IMG/VR virus record: IMGVR_UViG_3300043037_000115
DNA length: 64,000 nucleotides
Direction: 5' to 3' (one strand)
Source of the DNA: an uncultured virus (IMG/VR IMGVR_UViG_3300043037_000115)
Lineage: Duplodnaviria > Heunggongvirae > Uroviricota > Caudoviricetes
Shown: positions 10,091 to 20,172 of the stretch, piece by piece
Position numbering within the stretch: position 1 is the first letter of the stretch
Layout: each line of letters starts with the position of its first letter
Made by a program: the position numbers and the translations under genes
Notes under the pieces: model-generated
The model's input: the letters and a program-made list of their open reading frames with translations, nothing else
Told to the model about the DNA's origin: nothing
Databases searched by the model: none

Positions 10091-11020
10091 ATGGCCATTG
10101 TCACAAATGCTTTGCTTGCCAACCTGCGTACCGGCTTTGTCGCGGCCTACCAGCGCGGCCTGTCCAGAGCGCAGCCCATGTGGTCGCAGGTCGCAACGCG
10201 TATCCCCAGCAGCAACGCGCAAAACACCTACGGCTGGCTGGGGCAGTTTCCCAAGCTGCGTGAATGGGTGGGCGACCGTGTTTTCCGCAACATGAAGGAA
10301 GAAGGCTACGCCATTGTCAACAAGCTGTTTGAAGGCACTGTGGGCGTAACCCGCACCGCCATTGAGGACGACCAGCTGGGCATCTATACCCCGCTGTTTG
10401 AAGAGATGGGCTACGGGGCGGCCACGCATCCCGACGAGCTGGTTTTCGGCCTGCTGAAAAACGGTCACACAACCAACTGCTTTGACGGGCAGTCCTTCTT
10501 TGACACCGACCACCCCGTCTATGCCGAAGTGGACGGCACCGGTGCCGTTTCTCTGGTCAGCAACAATCTGGTGCCCGCAGCGGATGCCGGACCCGCCTGG
10601 TTCCTGCTCGATGTATCCCGCCCGCTCAAGCCGCTGATCTTTCAGGAACGTACCAAGCCCGAGCTGCAGGTCATTACCAACGCCGACAATGAACATGTCT
10701 TTATCAAAGACGAAATTCCTTACGGCGTGCGGTATCGCTGCAATGCCGGTTTCGGGTTCTGGCAGATGGCCGTACGCAGCCAGCATGCGCTTAACGCCGA
10801 CAGCTTTGAGCAGGCTCTGCAAGCTCTGCAGACCATGAAGGCGGACGGCGGGCGGCCTCTGGGCCTCGGCACCGGCGGCAAAAACACATTGCTGCTGGTC
10901 GTACCGTCCACCCTGAACGGCGCGGCCCGCAAAGTCATAGGCGTTTCCGAGCTGCCCGGCGGCGGCACCAACCCCTGGTACGATGCCGCAACCATCCATT
11001 CCGTCCCGTGGCTGCTGTAG
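10091..11020 (+). CDS. Major capsid protein (Mu gpT-like)
   Basis: YGWLGQFPKLREWVGDR and CFDGQSFFDTDHP motifs. Confidence 0.93.
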   Translation: MAIVTNALLANLRTGFVAAYQRGLSRAQPMWSQVATRIPSSNAQNTYGWLGQFPKLREWVGDRVFRNMKEEGYAIVNKLFEGTVGVTRTAIEDDQLGIYTPLFEEMGYGAATHPDELVFGLLKNGHTTNCFDGQSFFDTDHPVYAEVDGTGAVSLVSNNLVPAADAGPAWFLLDVSRPLKPLIFQERTKPELQVITNADNEHVFIKDEIPYGVRYRCNAGFGFWQMAVRSQHALNADSFEQALQALQTMKADGGRPLGLGTGGKNTLLLVVPSTLNGAARKVIGVSELPGGGTNPWYDAATIHSVPWLL

Positions 11021-11028
11021 GAGGACAC

Positions 11029-11322
11029 ATGCGGTATCTCGTACGCACTACTCAAGGTATAGGCCGCCGCTTTCGGGCCGGCCTGTGCTTTGGCCCTGAA
11101 CCGGAAACGGTGGACAGCGACGTGCTGAAAAAAAGCCAGCTGCAGGCCCTGCAGAGTGACCCTTATCTGCAGGTTACTCCACTTGGCACAGCAGATGCCG
11201 GAAAAGAGGAAACAAAGGCCGCGGTGTCTGAACTGCCTCTTGATGTGGTGCCCGAAGCAGAACCTGAACCTGAAGCGGAGAAAGCTGCTTCCGGGAAGAA
11301 GTCGGGGAAAAACAAAAAGTAA
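11029..11322 (+). CDS. Small Mu-like head-associated protein (HI1506-related)
   Basis: RRFRAGLCF...LQSDPYLQV; position after capsid; GGAGG RBS. Confidence 0.65.
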   Translation: MRYLVRTTQGIGRRFRAGLCFGPEPETVDSDVLKKSQLQALQSDPYLQVTPLGTADAGKEETKAAVSELPLDVVPEAEPEPEAEKAASGKKSGKNKK

Positions 11323-11726
11323 TGTCATATGCCACCATTGACCATCTGATAGCAGCGTTCGGGCTGGACGAGGTGATAGCCGTCACTGATCGCGCCCAGT
11401 CAGGAGAACCGGATACCGCTGTTGCGCTGGGGGCCTTGGAGGAGGCCTCCAGCGAAGCGGACAGCTATCTGTCTGTGCGCTATGCGCTGCCGCTGCAGGC
11501 TGTTCCGCCGGTGCTGCGTACTGCGGTATGCGACATCGCGCTGTACAGGCTTACCGGCGGCCCCGCCACCCAGACCGAGGTCATAGCCACCCGCTACAAG
11601 GCTGCGGTGGCGTGGCTGCGCGATGTTGCCTCAGGCAGGGCTTCACTGCCCGAGGTCACCCCGCCGGAGCAGGAACAGGCAGACGGCGTGGACATATACA
11701 CGGGCACGCGCGGCTGGCTGGCCTGA
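11322..11726 (+). CDS. Head-tail adaptor (Mu gp36/DUF1320-like)
   Basis: MSYAT..., RYALPL, CDIALYRL, RYKAAVAWL motifs. Confidence 0.88.
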   Translation: MSYATIDHLIAAFGLDEVIAVTDRAQSGEPDTAVALGALEEASSEADSYLSVRYALPLQAVPPVLRTAVCDIALYRLTGGPATQTEVIATRYKAAVAWLRDVASGRASLPEVTPPEQEQADGVDIYTGTRGWLA

Positions 11727-11742
11727 CGCTACAGGAGCAACC

Positions 11743-12351
11743 ATGCAGACAACCATTGCCGCCATAGAAGATGCAATAGCTGGCCGTATCAGTCAGGCTG
11801 CCCTGCCGTACCTGCGTACGGTCGGCACCTACGGGGGCCAGCTGGACGGTGTGGCCTCTCATATCGTGCAGGCTCTGCCGGCCATATGGGTGGCGTTTCA
11901 GGGTGCCGGGCAACCGGCACCGGCAGGCACTTCGCATGATGTATGGCATGTGCCCGCCACGTGGGTTGTGCTGGCCGTCTCGCGCTCGTTGCGCGGCGAA
12001 GCCGCCGGACGCAAGGGCGACGGTGCAACCCCCGGCACGTATCAGATGCTGCACGACGTAACGGCGTTGCTTCTGGGGCAGGACTTTGAAGACCAGGGGC
12101 TGGAGATGTCACCGCTCCGGCCGGGCAGGGTGCGCAGCCTGTTCAATGGCCGTCTGCAGTCCAGTGCCATCAGCGTCTATTCGCAGGAATGGCACACCCG
12201 TTATGCACTGCGTGCTCCGCTGCAGCCCCTTGCACCGGATGGCGAAGGCACCCCGCCGCATGATCTGTGCGGCATTGACCTGCGGTATCATCTGCATCCG
12301 GACGACGGGCGGGCAGATGCCAGTGATTCCGTTACCTTTCAGCAGGAGTAA
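11743..12351 (+). CDS. Mu gp37-like (DUF1834) tail terminator
   Basis: TYGGQL, PAIWV motifs and synteny. Confidence 0.75.
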   Translation: MQTTIAAIEDAIAGRISQAALPYLRTVGTYGGQLDGVASHIVQALPAIWVAFQGAGQPAPAGTSHDVWHVPATWVVLAVSRSLRGEAAGRKGDGATPGTYQMLHDVTALLLGQDFEDQGLEMSPLRPGRVRSLFNGRLQSSAISVYSQEWHTRYALRAPLQPLAPDGEGTPPHDLCGIDLRYHLHPDDGRADASDSVTFQQE

Positions 12352-12354
12352 ACC

Positions 12355-12564
12355 ATGCTTGTACAGGCAGTCCGAGGCGTGCGTGTTCCCGCGGAAGATA
12401 CCCCGCGCCGCCACATAGACGACAGTGCACCGGTGGAGGTGCCCGATACAGCGTACTATCGCCGCCGCATGGCGGATGGCGATCTGGTGGAAGTTGCAGA
12501 TGTCAAATCCGCCGCTTCCGTCCCCAAAACCGTCAGCAAGGAGGCCCGCCGTGGCAAGTCCTAA
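12355..12564 (+). CDS. Mu gp38-like (DUF2635)
   Basis: VPDTAYYRRRMADGDL motif. Confidence 0.8.
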   Translation: MLVQAVRGVRVPAEDTPRRHIDDSAPVEVPDTAYYRRRMADGDLVEVADVKSAASVPKTVSKEARRGKS

Positions 12565-13972
12565 CGTCAGTTTCGACACCTTGCCCGCTTCCATCCGCAA
12601 GCCGGGCAAGTACATAGAGTTTAACACCCGTCTTGCTGTACGCACGCTGCCGGCCAACACGCAGCGCGTGCTTATTGTGGCGCAAAGTACGGCACAGGGT
12701 GCCCAGCCCGCCGGTCAGCCCGTGGCCGTGTTTTCAGATGATGAAGCCCGCATTCTGTTCGGCACCGGCAGCATTGCCCACGCCATGGTAAAAGCGGCCA
12801 TTGTCAGCAACCCGTACCTGCAGATCGATGTGCTGCCTGTTGCCGATGATGCCGCCGGTATTGCCGCCAGCGGTACGGTTACTGTCACGGGCACAGCCGC
12901 CAGTGCGGGCGTTGTCAGTCTGGCTGTGGCCGACAGCAGTGTACGCATTGCTGTGGCAAAAGGTGATGCCGCTGCCGCCGTGGCCGCCGCGTTGGCAGCG
13001 GCCGTCAACGCACGTGCGGAACTGCCCGTAACGGCCACCGCGCAGACAGGCACCGTCACCCTGACAGCCCGCAACAAAGGCACGCTGGGCAACCGTATTC
13101 CGCTGGCCCTCAGCGAGACTGCAGACGGAGTGGCAGCGGAAATCGCGGCCATGAGCGGCGGTCAGGCCGACCCCGATATCACCGCTGCACTGGCTGCCGT
13201 ATTCGGCGGGGGGCACCACATCATTGTCAGCCCCTACACGGATCAGGAAAACCTGACAGCCTTGCGCACGCACCTTGATGCCGTTTCCCACGCACTGGAA
13301 CAGCGCGGCGCCATAGGTGTGTGCGGCCTTACCGGCACTCTGGCACAGGCCACCACGCTGGCCGGCCAGATTAACTCCGGCCGTATAACCATGGCCCTGC
13401 TGCCCGGTACGGAAAGTACTTCATGGCAAGTGGCAGCGGCCTATGCCGCGCAGATTGCGGGAGAAGAAGACCCCGCGCGGCCCCTCAACACCTTGCCGCT
13501 TACCGGCATTGTTGCGCCGCCTGTGCCGCGGCGCCTCAGCCGTATGGAGCAGGAAACAGCCCTGCATAACGGCATCACCCCGCTGGAAGTGGCGCCGGGT
13601 GAAATCGTGCGCATTGTACGCAGCGTCAGCACGTATACGCTGGACCCCCAGGGCATAGACGACATCGCACTGCTTGATGTGACCACCATCCGTACCCTTG
13701 ACTATGTGCGCAAGGCCGTGCGCGAACGCATCAGTCTGCGCTTTCCGCGTGAAAAACTGTCCGCCCGCACAGCGCCCAAAGTGCGCAGCGAGATTCTGGA
13801 CGTGCTGGTAAAAATGGAAGAGCTGGAAATTGTGGAGGAAGTGGAAGCCAACAAGTCCGGCGTCATCGTGGAACGCGACAGTCAGGACCCCAACAGGCTT
13901 AACGCCAAAATTCCGGTGGACGTGGTCAACGGCCTGCATGTGTTTGCCGGGCGCATCGACCTGCTGCTGTAA
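12551..13972 (+). CDS. Contractile tail sheath (Mu gpL-like)
   Basis: SFDTLPASIRKPG N-terminus, VVNGLHVFAG C-terminus. Confidence 0.92.
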   Translation: MASPNVSFDTLPASIRKPGKYIEFNTRLAVRTLPANTQRVLIVAQSTAQGAQPAGQPVAVFSDDEARILFGTGSIAHAMVKAAIVSNPYLQIDVLPVADDAAGIAASGTVTVTGTAASAGVVSLAVADSSVRIAVAKGDAAAAVAAALAAAVNARAELPVTATAQTGTVTLTARNKGTLGNRIPLALSETADGVAAEIAAMSGGQADPDITAALAAVFGGGHHIIVSPYTDQENLTALRTHLDAVSHALEQRGAIGVCGLTGTLAQATTLAGQINSGRITMALLPGTESTSWQVAAAYAAQIAGEEDPARPLNTLPLTGIVAPPVPRRLSRMEQETALHNGITPLEVAPGEIVRIVRSVSTYTLDPQGIDDIALLDVTTIRTLDYVRKAVRERISLRFPREKLSARTAPKVRSEILDVLVKMEELEIVEEVEANKSGVIVERDSQDPNRLNAKIPVDVVNGLHVFAGRIDLLL

Positions 13973-13986
13973 GCGATAATTCCTCG

Positions 13987-14010
13987 GCCCCCGCAAGGGG
14001 GCTTTCTTTT
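13987..14010 (+). terminator. Intrinsic terminator after sheath
   Basis: GGCCCCC-GCAA-GGGGGCT followed by a T-rich tract. Confidence 0.7.
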
Positions 14011-14057
14011 GATTTGAATACAGGATAGCGTATACAGGTGTTCATAAGGGAGGATGT

Positions 14058-14540
14058 ATGAGAACATTAATTCTAGTGCTGGCTTTGCTGCTGACAAACA
14101 TCCCTGTAACCCAAGCCGGGCAGCAGGATGTACCATCCAGCTACGGCTACTCACAGGATGACTATCCGCAGTTGCCCGTCTTTCAGGACGATGTGCGTAA
14201 ACTTTATAATGATTTTTTAGCTATCAAGCGTACGGAACCTTTTTTTCATATGGGCATGCTTGCACCGGCCGCTAAACAGTGGAAAACAGAACTCCAAGCC
14301 GCTGAGCAGAAGTACAAAAAAATAAGACTTCCATATCAAGTTGAAGAAACCTTCCTCGAACTCTCTTCTATGGCGATGGAGTATGCTCTTGCGCGTGCCG
14401 CACTTCGGCACCAGACGACCTACTATCAAATGGATAGCCGGGAAGAACTTATTGCTATACATCGCAAAAGGGTCGAAGAGGCTCTGCAACTACGTATAGA
14501 CAGTCCTAAAAAACAACTTGAAGTAATTACCTTCGATTAA
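14058..14540 (+). CDS. Moron: exported hypothetical protein
   Basis: Signal-peptide-like N-terminus, lower GC, GGAGG RBS, inserted between sheath and tube. Confidence 0.75.
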   Translation: MRTLILVLALLLTNIPVTQAGQQDVPSSYGYSQDDYPQLPVFQDDVRKLYNDFLAIKRTEPFFHMGMLAPAAKQWKTELQAAEQKYKKIRLPYQVEETFLELSSMAMEYALARAALRHQTTYYQMDSREELIAIHRKRVEEALQLRIDSPKKQLEVITFD

Positions 14541-14601
14541 AAACAGCACTTTGAATAATCAGAAAGATACAGGTAGTCTTATTTATCGCTCTTAGTAGCT
14601 A

Positions 14602-14663
14602 CTGAACACCTTCATCCTGATAAAAAGCCCGCATCGCCACTATAGTGGCGATGCGGGCTTTTT
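14602..14663 (+). promoter_or_regulatory. Late promoter variant overlapping a terminator-like palindrome
   Basis: CTGAACACCTTC box 39 bp before TATAGT, which is centred in AAAAAGCCCGCATCGCCAC/GTGGCGATGCGGGCTTTTT. Confidence 0.65.
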
Positions 14664-14701
14664 GTATGCCTGCTATCTGCAACTCAACATGGAGCACTCA
14701 G

Positions 14702-15076
14702 ATGGCTTTGAAAGAATATTTAGGCGCAATCGTTTTGGAAGTGGACGGACAGGAATACGAAGTTGAATCCGTGGACATCAGCCATAAGAGCGGCCGCAAG
14801 CTGGTAAAAACCATGAACCGCACAGGCCGCGCCAGCGGCTATTCCGAAGGTGTTCATGAATTTTCGCTGCGTGTGACTGCGCCCGTGCCCAAAGAAGGCG
14901 CCCCCGACTGGGACAACATTGTCGGCGCAAAGCTGACCATTTATCCCGTATCAGCCGGTGGCAGGCGCGAATCCTACCTTGACTGCGTCAGCATGGAAGA
15001 TTCGCGCAAATACAGCGTGGATAACGAGGCCAAGGTGGACGTCACGCTGGCCGCTCTGGACAGAATCGAAGAATAA
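14702..15076 (+). CDS. Tail tube protein
   Basis: Size and position after sheath; GGAG RBS. Confidence 0.75.
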   Translation: MALKEYLGAIVLEVDGQEYEVESVDISHKSGRKLVKTMNRTGRASGYSEGVHEFSLRVTAPVPKEGAPDWDNIVGAKLTIYPVSAGGRRESYLDCVSMEDSRKYSVDNEAKVDVTLAALDRIEE

Positions 15077-15093
15077 CCCCCAAGGAGCCAGAC

Positions 15094-15519
15094 ATGACAC
15101 ACCCCGCACAAACGCCCGGCGCACCGGACAGCCAGTCCGGTCCCGGCATCGTAGAAGGCCGCACCGTTATCCAGCCGGTACCCCCGCCTCTGGGGGCGCA
15201 CCGCGGCGCCCTGACAGAACGGGGCACCCTGACCATAGGCTACCGTGACGAATCCGGCACATGGCATAAGGATTTTGAAATCCGTCTGCCGACCATGCTG
15301 GATGTGGAAGTGGCCATGGCACAAGCCGGCGAAGGCGCATCGCTGGCCGCCATAACCCGCCACACATGGGCACGCACGCTGGTACGCATAGGCACTGTGA
15401 CCCACATAACCGCCGATATGCTGGCCTCGCTGGCCGATACGGAATACGGCGTGCTGCTGGCCGCGGAAGAAGCGCTGCGAAAAAAGCTGAAAGCCGCGAG
15501 CGCCACCTTGCCCGGATAA
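15094..15519 (+). CDS. Tail assembly chaperone
   Basis: Between tube and tape measure; A AAA AAG slippery site at 15480-15486. Confidence 0.75.
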   Translation: MTHPAQTPGAPDSQSGPGIVEGRTVIQPVPPPLGAHRGALTERGTLTIGYRDESGTWHKDFEIRLPTMLDVEVAMAQAGEGASLAAITRHTWARTLVRIGTVTHITADMLASLADTEYGVLLAAEEALRKKLKAASATLPG

Positions 15520-15701
15520 GGCAGGCCCAGCTGGTTCTGGTGCGTCATGGCTTTGCCTATGCCGAGGTGCAGGCCATGACGCAGCCGGAGATGCTGCATT
15601 TTATCGAGCTGCTCGGCGGCAGAAAAACAGGCGAACCGGCGGGGACCCGCAGAGTGGTAAACCGGCGGCTGGTCCCGAAAAATAAACACATCAGCAAGTA
15701 A
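15480..15701 (+). CDS. -1 frameshift extension of the tail chaperone (G-T type)
   Basis: In-frame A_AAA_AAG; -1 frame open to 15701 (...GFAYAEVQAMTQPEM...). Confidence 0.65.
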   Translation, partial: KKAESRERHLARIRQAQLVLVRHGFAYAEVQAMTQPEMLHFIELLGGRKTGEPAGTRRVVNRRLVPKNKHISK

Positions 15702-15716
15702 TGATACTCAAATGAG

Positions 15717-17687
15717 GTGCCCATGTCCGGTATGGATGTACAGATAGCCTTGCGCCTGCGGGACAATATGAGCACGCAGGCAAGGCGTGCCCTTGACGAG
15801 GTTGCGCGCGGCGCAGGCAAGGCTTCTGACGCGGCACATACGCTTGCACGGGCCACAGCTTCAGCAGACAGGCAGGGCTTTTCGCGTCTTGTACACGGCC
15901 TGCGCACGGTGGACAGCCTGAGCCGCAGGGCGGAAAACAGCATGAAAGCTCTGGGCCGCACCGCTGCCGGTGTGGCCCGGTCCACCGCACAGCTGGGTAC
16001 AGGGCTGGCCGCCGGAGCCTATGTCGGGCAGCGGGCACTGGCCCGGCCCGTAGATTTTGAACTGCGCATGGCCCGTATGGCAAACACGGCGTATGCAGAC
16101 CGCGATGCCGCAGGACGCAGTGCGGGCATGGCGGAACTGACAAAAGTCGTGGATATGGCCGCCCGACTGGGCGGCAACCGCGATCAGGCTGCTGAGGCAC
16201 TGGACGCCATGCTGGCGTCCGGTGCGCTGGAAACCGGTGTGGCCATGCGTCTGCTGCCGGTGCTGCAGCGATATGCACAGGCCTCCGGCGCGGCCTCTAC
16301 AGAGCTGGCAGACATTGTCATCCGCGGAGTCCAACAGGGCTTTTTTTCACCCGATCAGGCACCGGCAGCACTGGATAAAGCCATTGTGGCAGGTCAACAG
16401 GGCGGGTTCGAGCTGAAAGACATGGCCCGCTGGCTGCCCCAGATGATGGCCAGCGCTCAGGGCATGAAAGGCATGGCCGGTTATGAACGTCTGCTGGCAT
16501 CGGCGCAGGCATCGGCCATTACCGCCGGCAGCAAAGATCAGGCGGGCAACAACCTGGTCAACCTGCTGGCCAAGATGAACAGCCAGGACGCCCAGCGTAA
16601 TTTTGAAAAATTCGGTATCGACCTTGCCGGTAGCCTTGCCGCAGCCCGAGATAAGGGTGCTCTGCCTCTGGATACTTTTATTCGCCTGCTGGAAACCCGC
16701 ATTGTTGCCGGTGATAAACGCTTTGCCGCCCTGCAGCAGCGCGCCGCCGGAGAAAAAGGACCGGAGCGGACAGCCATACTCAACGACATGGCAGACATAC
16801 TGCAGGCCGGAGCGGTCGGCCAGATAGTGCAGGACAGGCAAGCCCTGATGGCTCTGGTGGCTGAAATGTCGCAGAAAAAGTACATCGCGGATGTGCAAGC
16901 TGCCATGCAGAACGCATCTGGAGCCGGAGGGACTTCCTACGATGTTGTTTCTGAAACAGTCATGTTTAAAATTCAAAGACTGATGACAGAGGTGGAGATA
17001 GCGTATTCTGCTGTGCTGGAATCCATAAAAAAGCCTCTCGCCTCTACCGTTGATACAGTCGTAAAAACAGCCGAAAGTTTTCCTAAACTCACAACCGCTG
17101 TTGCTGGTGCGACAACTATTATCGCCATGTTTGGTGCCACCGCTGCCGCAATGAGCGGCTGGAACATGCTTACCGGCCGCGGCGGGGGCGGTGCCCTGCG
17201 CGGAGGCCGTGCCAGCGGTGTTGCCGGTATGGTGCGCGCTGTGGGCAGGCAAGGCAAAGGGGCGGTAAAATCACTCGGCAGGATTTTCGGGCGGGGCGGC
17301 GCCCCGCTTGCCCTTGCTGCGACCGCAGCCGATATCATTACCACAGAAGCCAGTGGCAATCTGACCCGCAACGAGAAAAACGCAGCCCACGTGGGTACTG
17401 CAGGAGGCCTTGCAGGAGCGCTGGCCGGAGGTAAAGTCGGCGCGATGGCCGGTGGCGCTTTTGGCGCTATTGCCGGCCCCGCAGGTATTGCCATAGGCGC
17501 CGGTGTGGGCGGGCTGATTGGTGCAGGTTTTGGCGCGTGGGGGGGCCAGAGCCTCGGCGATATGCTGGGCAATCTTATTTTTTCCGACGATTCCACCACC
17601 ACGGTACACACCCATATCAATATAGATGGCCGCGAACTGGCCAGCGCGGTTGAATCTGTGCAGCTGCGTAATGCACGCAGGCACTAG
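15717..17687 (+). CDS. Tape measure protein
   Basis: Long Ala/Gly-rich helical ORF, GGFELKDMARWLP motif, synteny. Confidence 0.85.
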   Translation: MPMSGMDVQIALRLRDNMSTQARRALDEVARGAGKASDAAHTLARATASADRQGFSRLVHGLRTVDSLSRRAENSMKALGRTAAGVARSTAQLGTGLAAGAYVGQRALARPVDFELRMARMANTAYADRDAAGRSAGMAELTKVVDMAARLGGNRDQAAEALDAMLASGALETGVAMRLLPVLQRYAQASGAASTELADIVIRGVQQGFFSPDQAPAALDKAIVAGQQGGFELKDMARWLPQMMASAQGMKGMAGYERLLASAQASAITAGSKDQAGNNLVNLLAKMNSQDAQRNFEKFGIDLAGSLAAARDKGALPLDTFIRLLETRIVAGDKRFAALQQRAAGEKGPERTAILNDMADILQAGAVGQIVQDRQALMALVAEMSQKKYIADVQAAMQNASGAGGTSYDVVSETVMFKIQRLMTEVEIAYSAVLESIKKPLASTVDTVVKTAESFPKLTTAVAGATTIIAMFGATAAAMSGWNMLTGRGGGGALRGGRASGVAGMVRAVGRQGKGAVKSLGRIFGRGGAPLALAATAADIITTEASGNLTRNEKNAAHVGTAGGLAGALAGGKVGAMAGGAFGAIAGPAGIAIGAGVGGLIGAGFGAWGGQSLGDMLGNLIFSDDSTTTVHTHINIDGRELASAVESVQLRNARRH

Positions 17688-17696
17688 GAGGCGGTT

Positions 17697-19088
17697 ATGA
17701 GCTGGAAGGACTCGCTGCAGGACGCCCGCTTTCGTAACGTGACGTTTGAGGTGCTGCGCATACGGGACACAGGCAGCCATGCAGTGCAGGAACATAAGTA
17801 CCCGTACCGTGACGGGGCAGAACAGGAAGATATGGGCACCGACGCACAGCGTATCAGCCTGACCGGCGTTTTTTACGGGCCGCAGTACGAAACCGGCCTT
17901 AACGCACTGCGTGCCGCCTTGCGCGAGCATGGCAAAGGCGAACTGATGCACCCTGTGTTCGGGCCGGTGGATGTGGTGGTGCTTACATGGGACTGTTCGT
18001 TTGACGGTGAACGGCCGGACTATGCCGAAGTGCAGATGGAATTTGCCGAGGCCGGCCGGGATATGCCGTTTTTTGCTGCCGGAGCGCAGGGCCACCGTGC
18101 CCGGGCACAGGCGGCTGACATCAGCGTGCAGTCAGCCACCCGTACCGCGGCGGAACAGTCCGGCGCATCGCTGTCACGCTGGCTTGTGACCGTGGCCAGA
18201 AACGTCTCACCTGCTCAGCGCCTTGCGGTGCTGAACATACTGCAAGGGGCGCTGCGGGACTATGCGGGCGGCGTACGCTCGGTGCACGATGCAGCCTCGT
18301 ATTTCGATCTGCCTTCAGCCTATCTGGCAGATATGGAGGCCGCACAGCAGCTGCTGGCCGACCCTGTCCGGAGCCTCGGCCTGCAGGGGCTGGGGTACCG
18401 CAACTGGCAGCGGCTTTCGCGTCTTTTTCCGGCACGCACGCTGTCCGGCGGCACGCGCCCGTATTCCGACAGTGTCGGCAGCTACGCAGGCACCATCACC
18501 ACGGGGCCGTCATCCGGACTGCCGGAATCGTCCCCCGGTATTTTTCTGCCGCCGGTACCGCCCTCTGACGGCGCAGATCTGCTCGCCGGTCTGCCAGACT
18601 TGCCGGCAGACCCGCCGGCAGAATCACAAACGGATGTGGCAGCGCAGACTCAGGCCCATGTGGCGGTACATGCCAACATTGCCCAGACGGAGATTGTGGC
18701 ATCGCAGGCCACCGCCATGCTGGTTGCAGAGGCAGATACCCCGGCCATGACCCCGCACGAGATAGAAGCCCTCACGGGCAATACCCGTACCCGTCTGCAG
18801 GACTGCATAACGCAGGCCCGCACCGTGCTGTCTCCGCCGGATGGCTACGCGGCGGCACAGGCGCTGCGCACAGCGGCTCTTGCCGTACAGCAGGCGGCGG
18901 CCGCCGTCATCAACCAGCGGCCGCCGCTGGTGGCGCATACGGTGTCGGCGCCGTGCAACCTGCATCTGCTGGCCCACAGGCTGTACGGCGACCATACCCG
19001 TGCCGCCGAGCTGGCGCGGCTGAATCCTGCCATCCGCAACCCCAACTTTATCGCACGGGGCGAGGTGCTGCATGTCTATGCCCTCTGA
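17697..19088 (+). CDS. Mu gpN-like DNA circularisation/tail initiator protein
   Basis: MSWKDSLQDARFRNV, HKYPYRDG, LMHPVFG motifs; C-terminal LYGDHTRA..LN. Confidence 0.9.
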   Translation: MSWKDSLQDARFRNVTFEVLRIRDTGSHAVQEHKYPYRDGAEQEDMGTDAQRISLTGVFYGPQYETGLNALRAALREHGKGELMHPVFGPVDVVVLTWDCSFDGERPDYAEVQMEFAEAGRDMPFFAAGAQGHRARAQAADISVQSATRTAAEQSGASLSRWLVTVARNVSPAQRLAVLNILQGALRDYAGGVRSVHDAASYFDLPSAYLADMEAAQQLLADPVRSLGLQGLGYRNWQRLSRLFPARTLSGGTRPYSDSVGSYAGTITTGPSSGLPESSPGIFLPPVPPSDGADLLAGLPDLPADPPAESQTDVAAQTQAHVAVHANIAQTEIVASQATAMLVAEADTPAMTPHEIEALTGNTRTRLQDCITQARTVLSPPDGYAAAQALRTAALAVQQAAAAVINQRPPLVAHTVSAPCNLHLLAHRLYGDHTRAAELARLNPAIRNPNFIARGEVLHVYAL

Positions 19089-20172
19089 ACAACGTGTATC
19101 CGTAACCATTGCCGGACGCGGGCACACCGACTGGCTGACCTATGAGATTGAAAGCGATCTTATGACACCGGCGGATGGCTGGCATGTCACACTGGGCCTG
19201 CCTGACGGCAAGCTGCCGCGGGAGGTGACACCATGGGCGCGGGTGCATGTGGCCGTGGGCGGACAAACCGTATTGCAAGGCAGGGTGGACAGCGTGGAAC
19301 AGCGCGTGAGCAAAGGCGAACACACTCTTGCCCTGACCGGCCGCGATGATGCCGCCGTGCTGGTGGACTGCTCCGCGCCGCTGTTTGTGGCGCGCGAGGT
19401 TACCCTGACAGATATAGTCAGCACCATTGTCCGGCCGCTGGGCATAGCCAAAGTGCGCATCGGCGGCGGCAGCTTCAGCGACCGGCGCGAAAAAATCACC
19501 GTGGAGCCTGGCATGACGGCATGGGATGCGCTGCAACGCGCGGCAGAGGCCAACGGCATGTGGCCGTGGTTTTCTCCGGACGGTACACTGATTGTCAGCG
19601 GGCCGGACTATGCAGCACCGCCGGTGGCAGACCTTATTCTGCGCAGAGACGGTAAAGGCAATAACGTTACCGGCATGTCTGTACGCCGCGATATGGCGGA
19701 GCGGTACAGCACCGTCACGGTACTGGGGCAGACCCACGGGACAGAAGGCGCGGACGGTCAGCATAACCTGCGGGCACAGGCAACGGATACCGGCGCGGCA
19801 ACATACCGCCCGCGCATAGTGGTAGAGCCGGAATGCGACACCCAGCCGCTGGCCGCCCGCCGTGCCCGCAAACTGCTGGCAGACGGCATGTGTGCCGGGC
19901 TTACCATCACGGCCACGGTGCGCGGCCACCGCATTGCAGACAGCGCAGGCAAGGGCCTGTTGTGGCAGCCGGGGCAGCGCGTGCGCGTCTGCTCAGAACC
20001 GCATCATATTGATGATGTGTACTTTTGTACCGCCCGTACATTCACAGGCGGTAAAGAGCGCGGCAGTGTGACAGAACTTACATTAAAGCCGGACGGTCTG
20101 TGGCTGCCGGATACCGGCCTGCGCAACGGCCGCACAACCGGTCAGGCCCTGCAGGTGGTGGATGTATGGTAA
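19072..20172 (+). CDS. Baseplate hub (Mu gpP-like)
   Basis: GRDDAAVLVDCS and WQPGQRV motifs. Confidence 0.88.
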   Translation: MSMPSEQRVSVTIAGRGHTDWLTYEIESDLMTPADGWHVTLGLPDGKLPREVTPWARVHVAVGGQTVLQGRVDSVEQRVSKGEHTLALTGRDDAAVLVDCSAPLFVAREVTLTDIVSTIVRPLGIAKVRIGGGSFSDRREKITVEPGMTAWDALQRAAEANGMWPWFSPDGTLIVSGPDYAAPPVADLILRRDGKGNNVTGMSVRRDMAERYSTVTVLGQTHGTEGADGQHNLRAQATDTGAATYRPRIVVEPECDTQPLAARRARKLLADGMCAGLTITATVRGHRIADSAGKGLLWQPGQRVRVCSEPHHIDDVYFCTARTFTGGKERGSVTELTLKPDGLWLPDTGLRNGRTTGQALQVVDVW

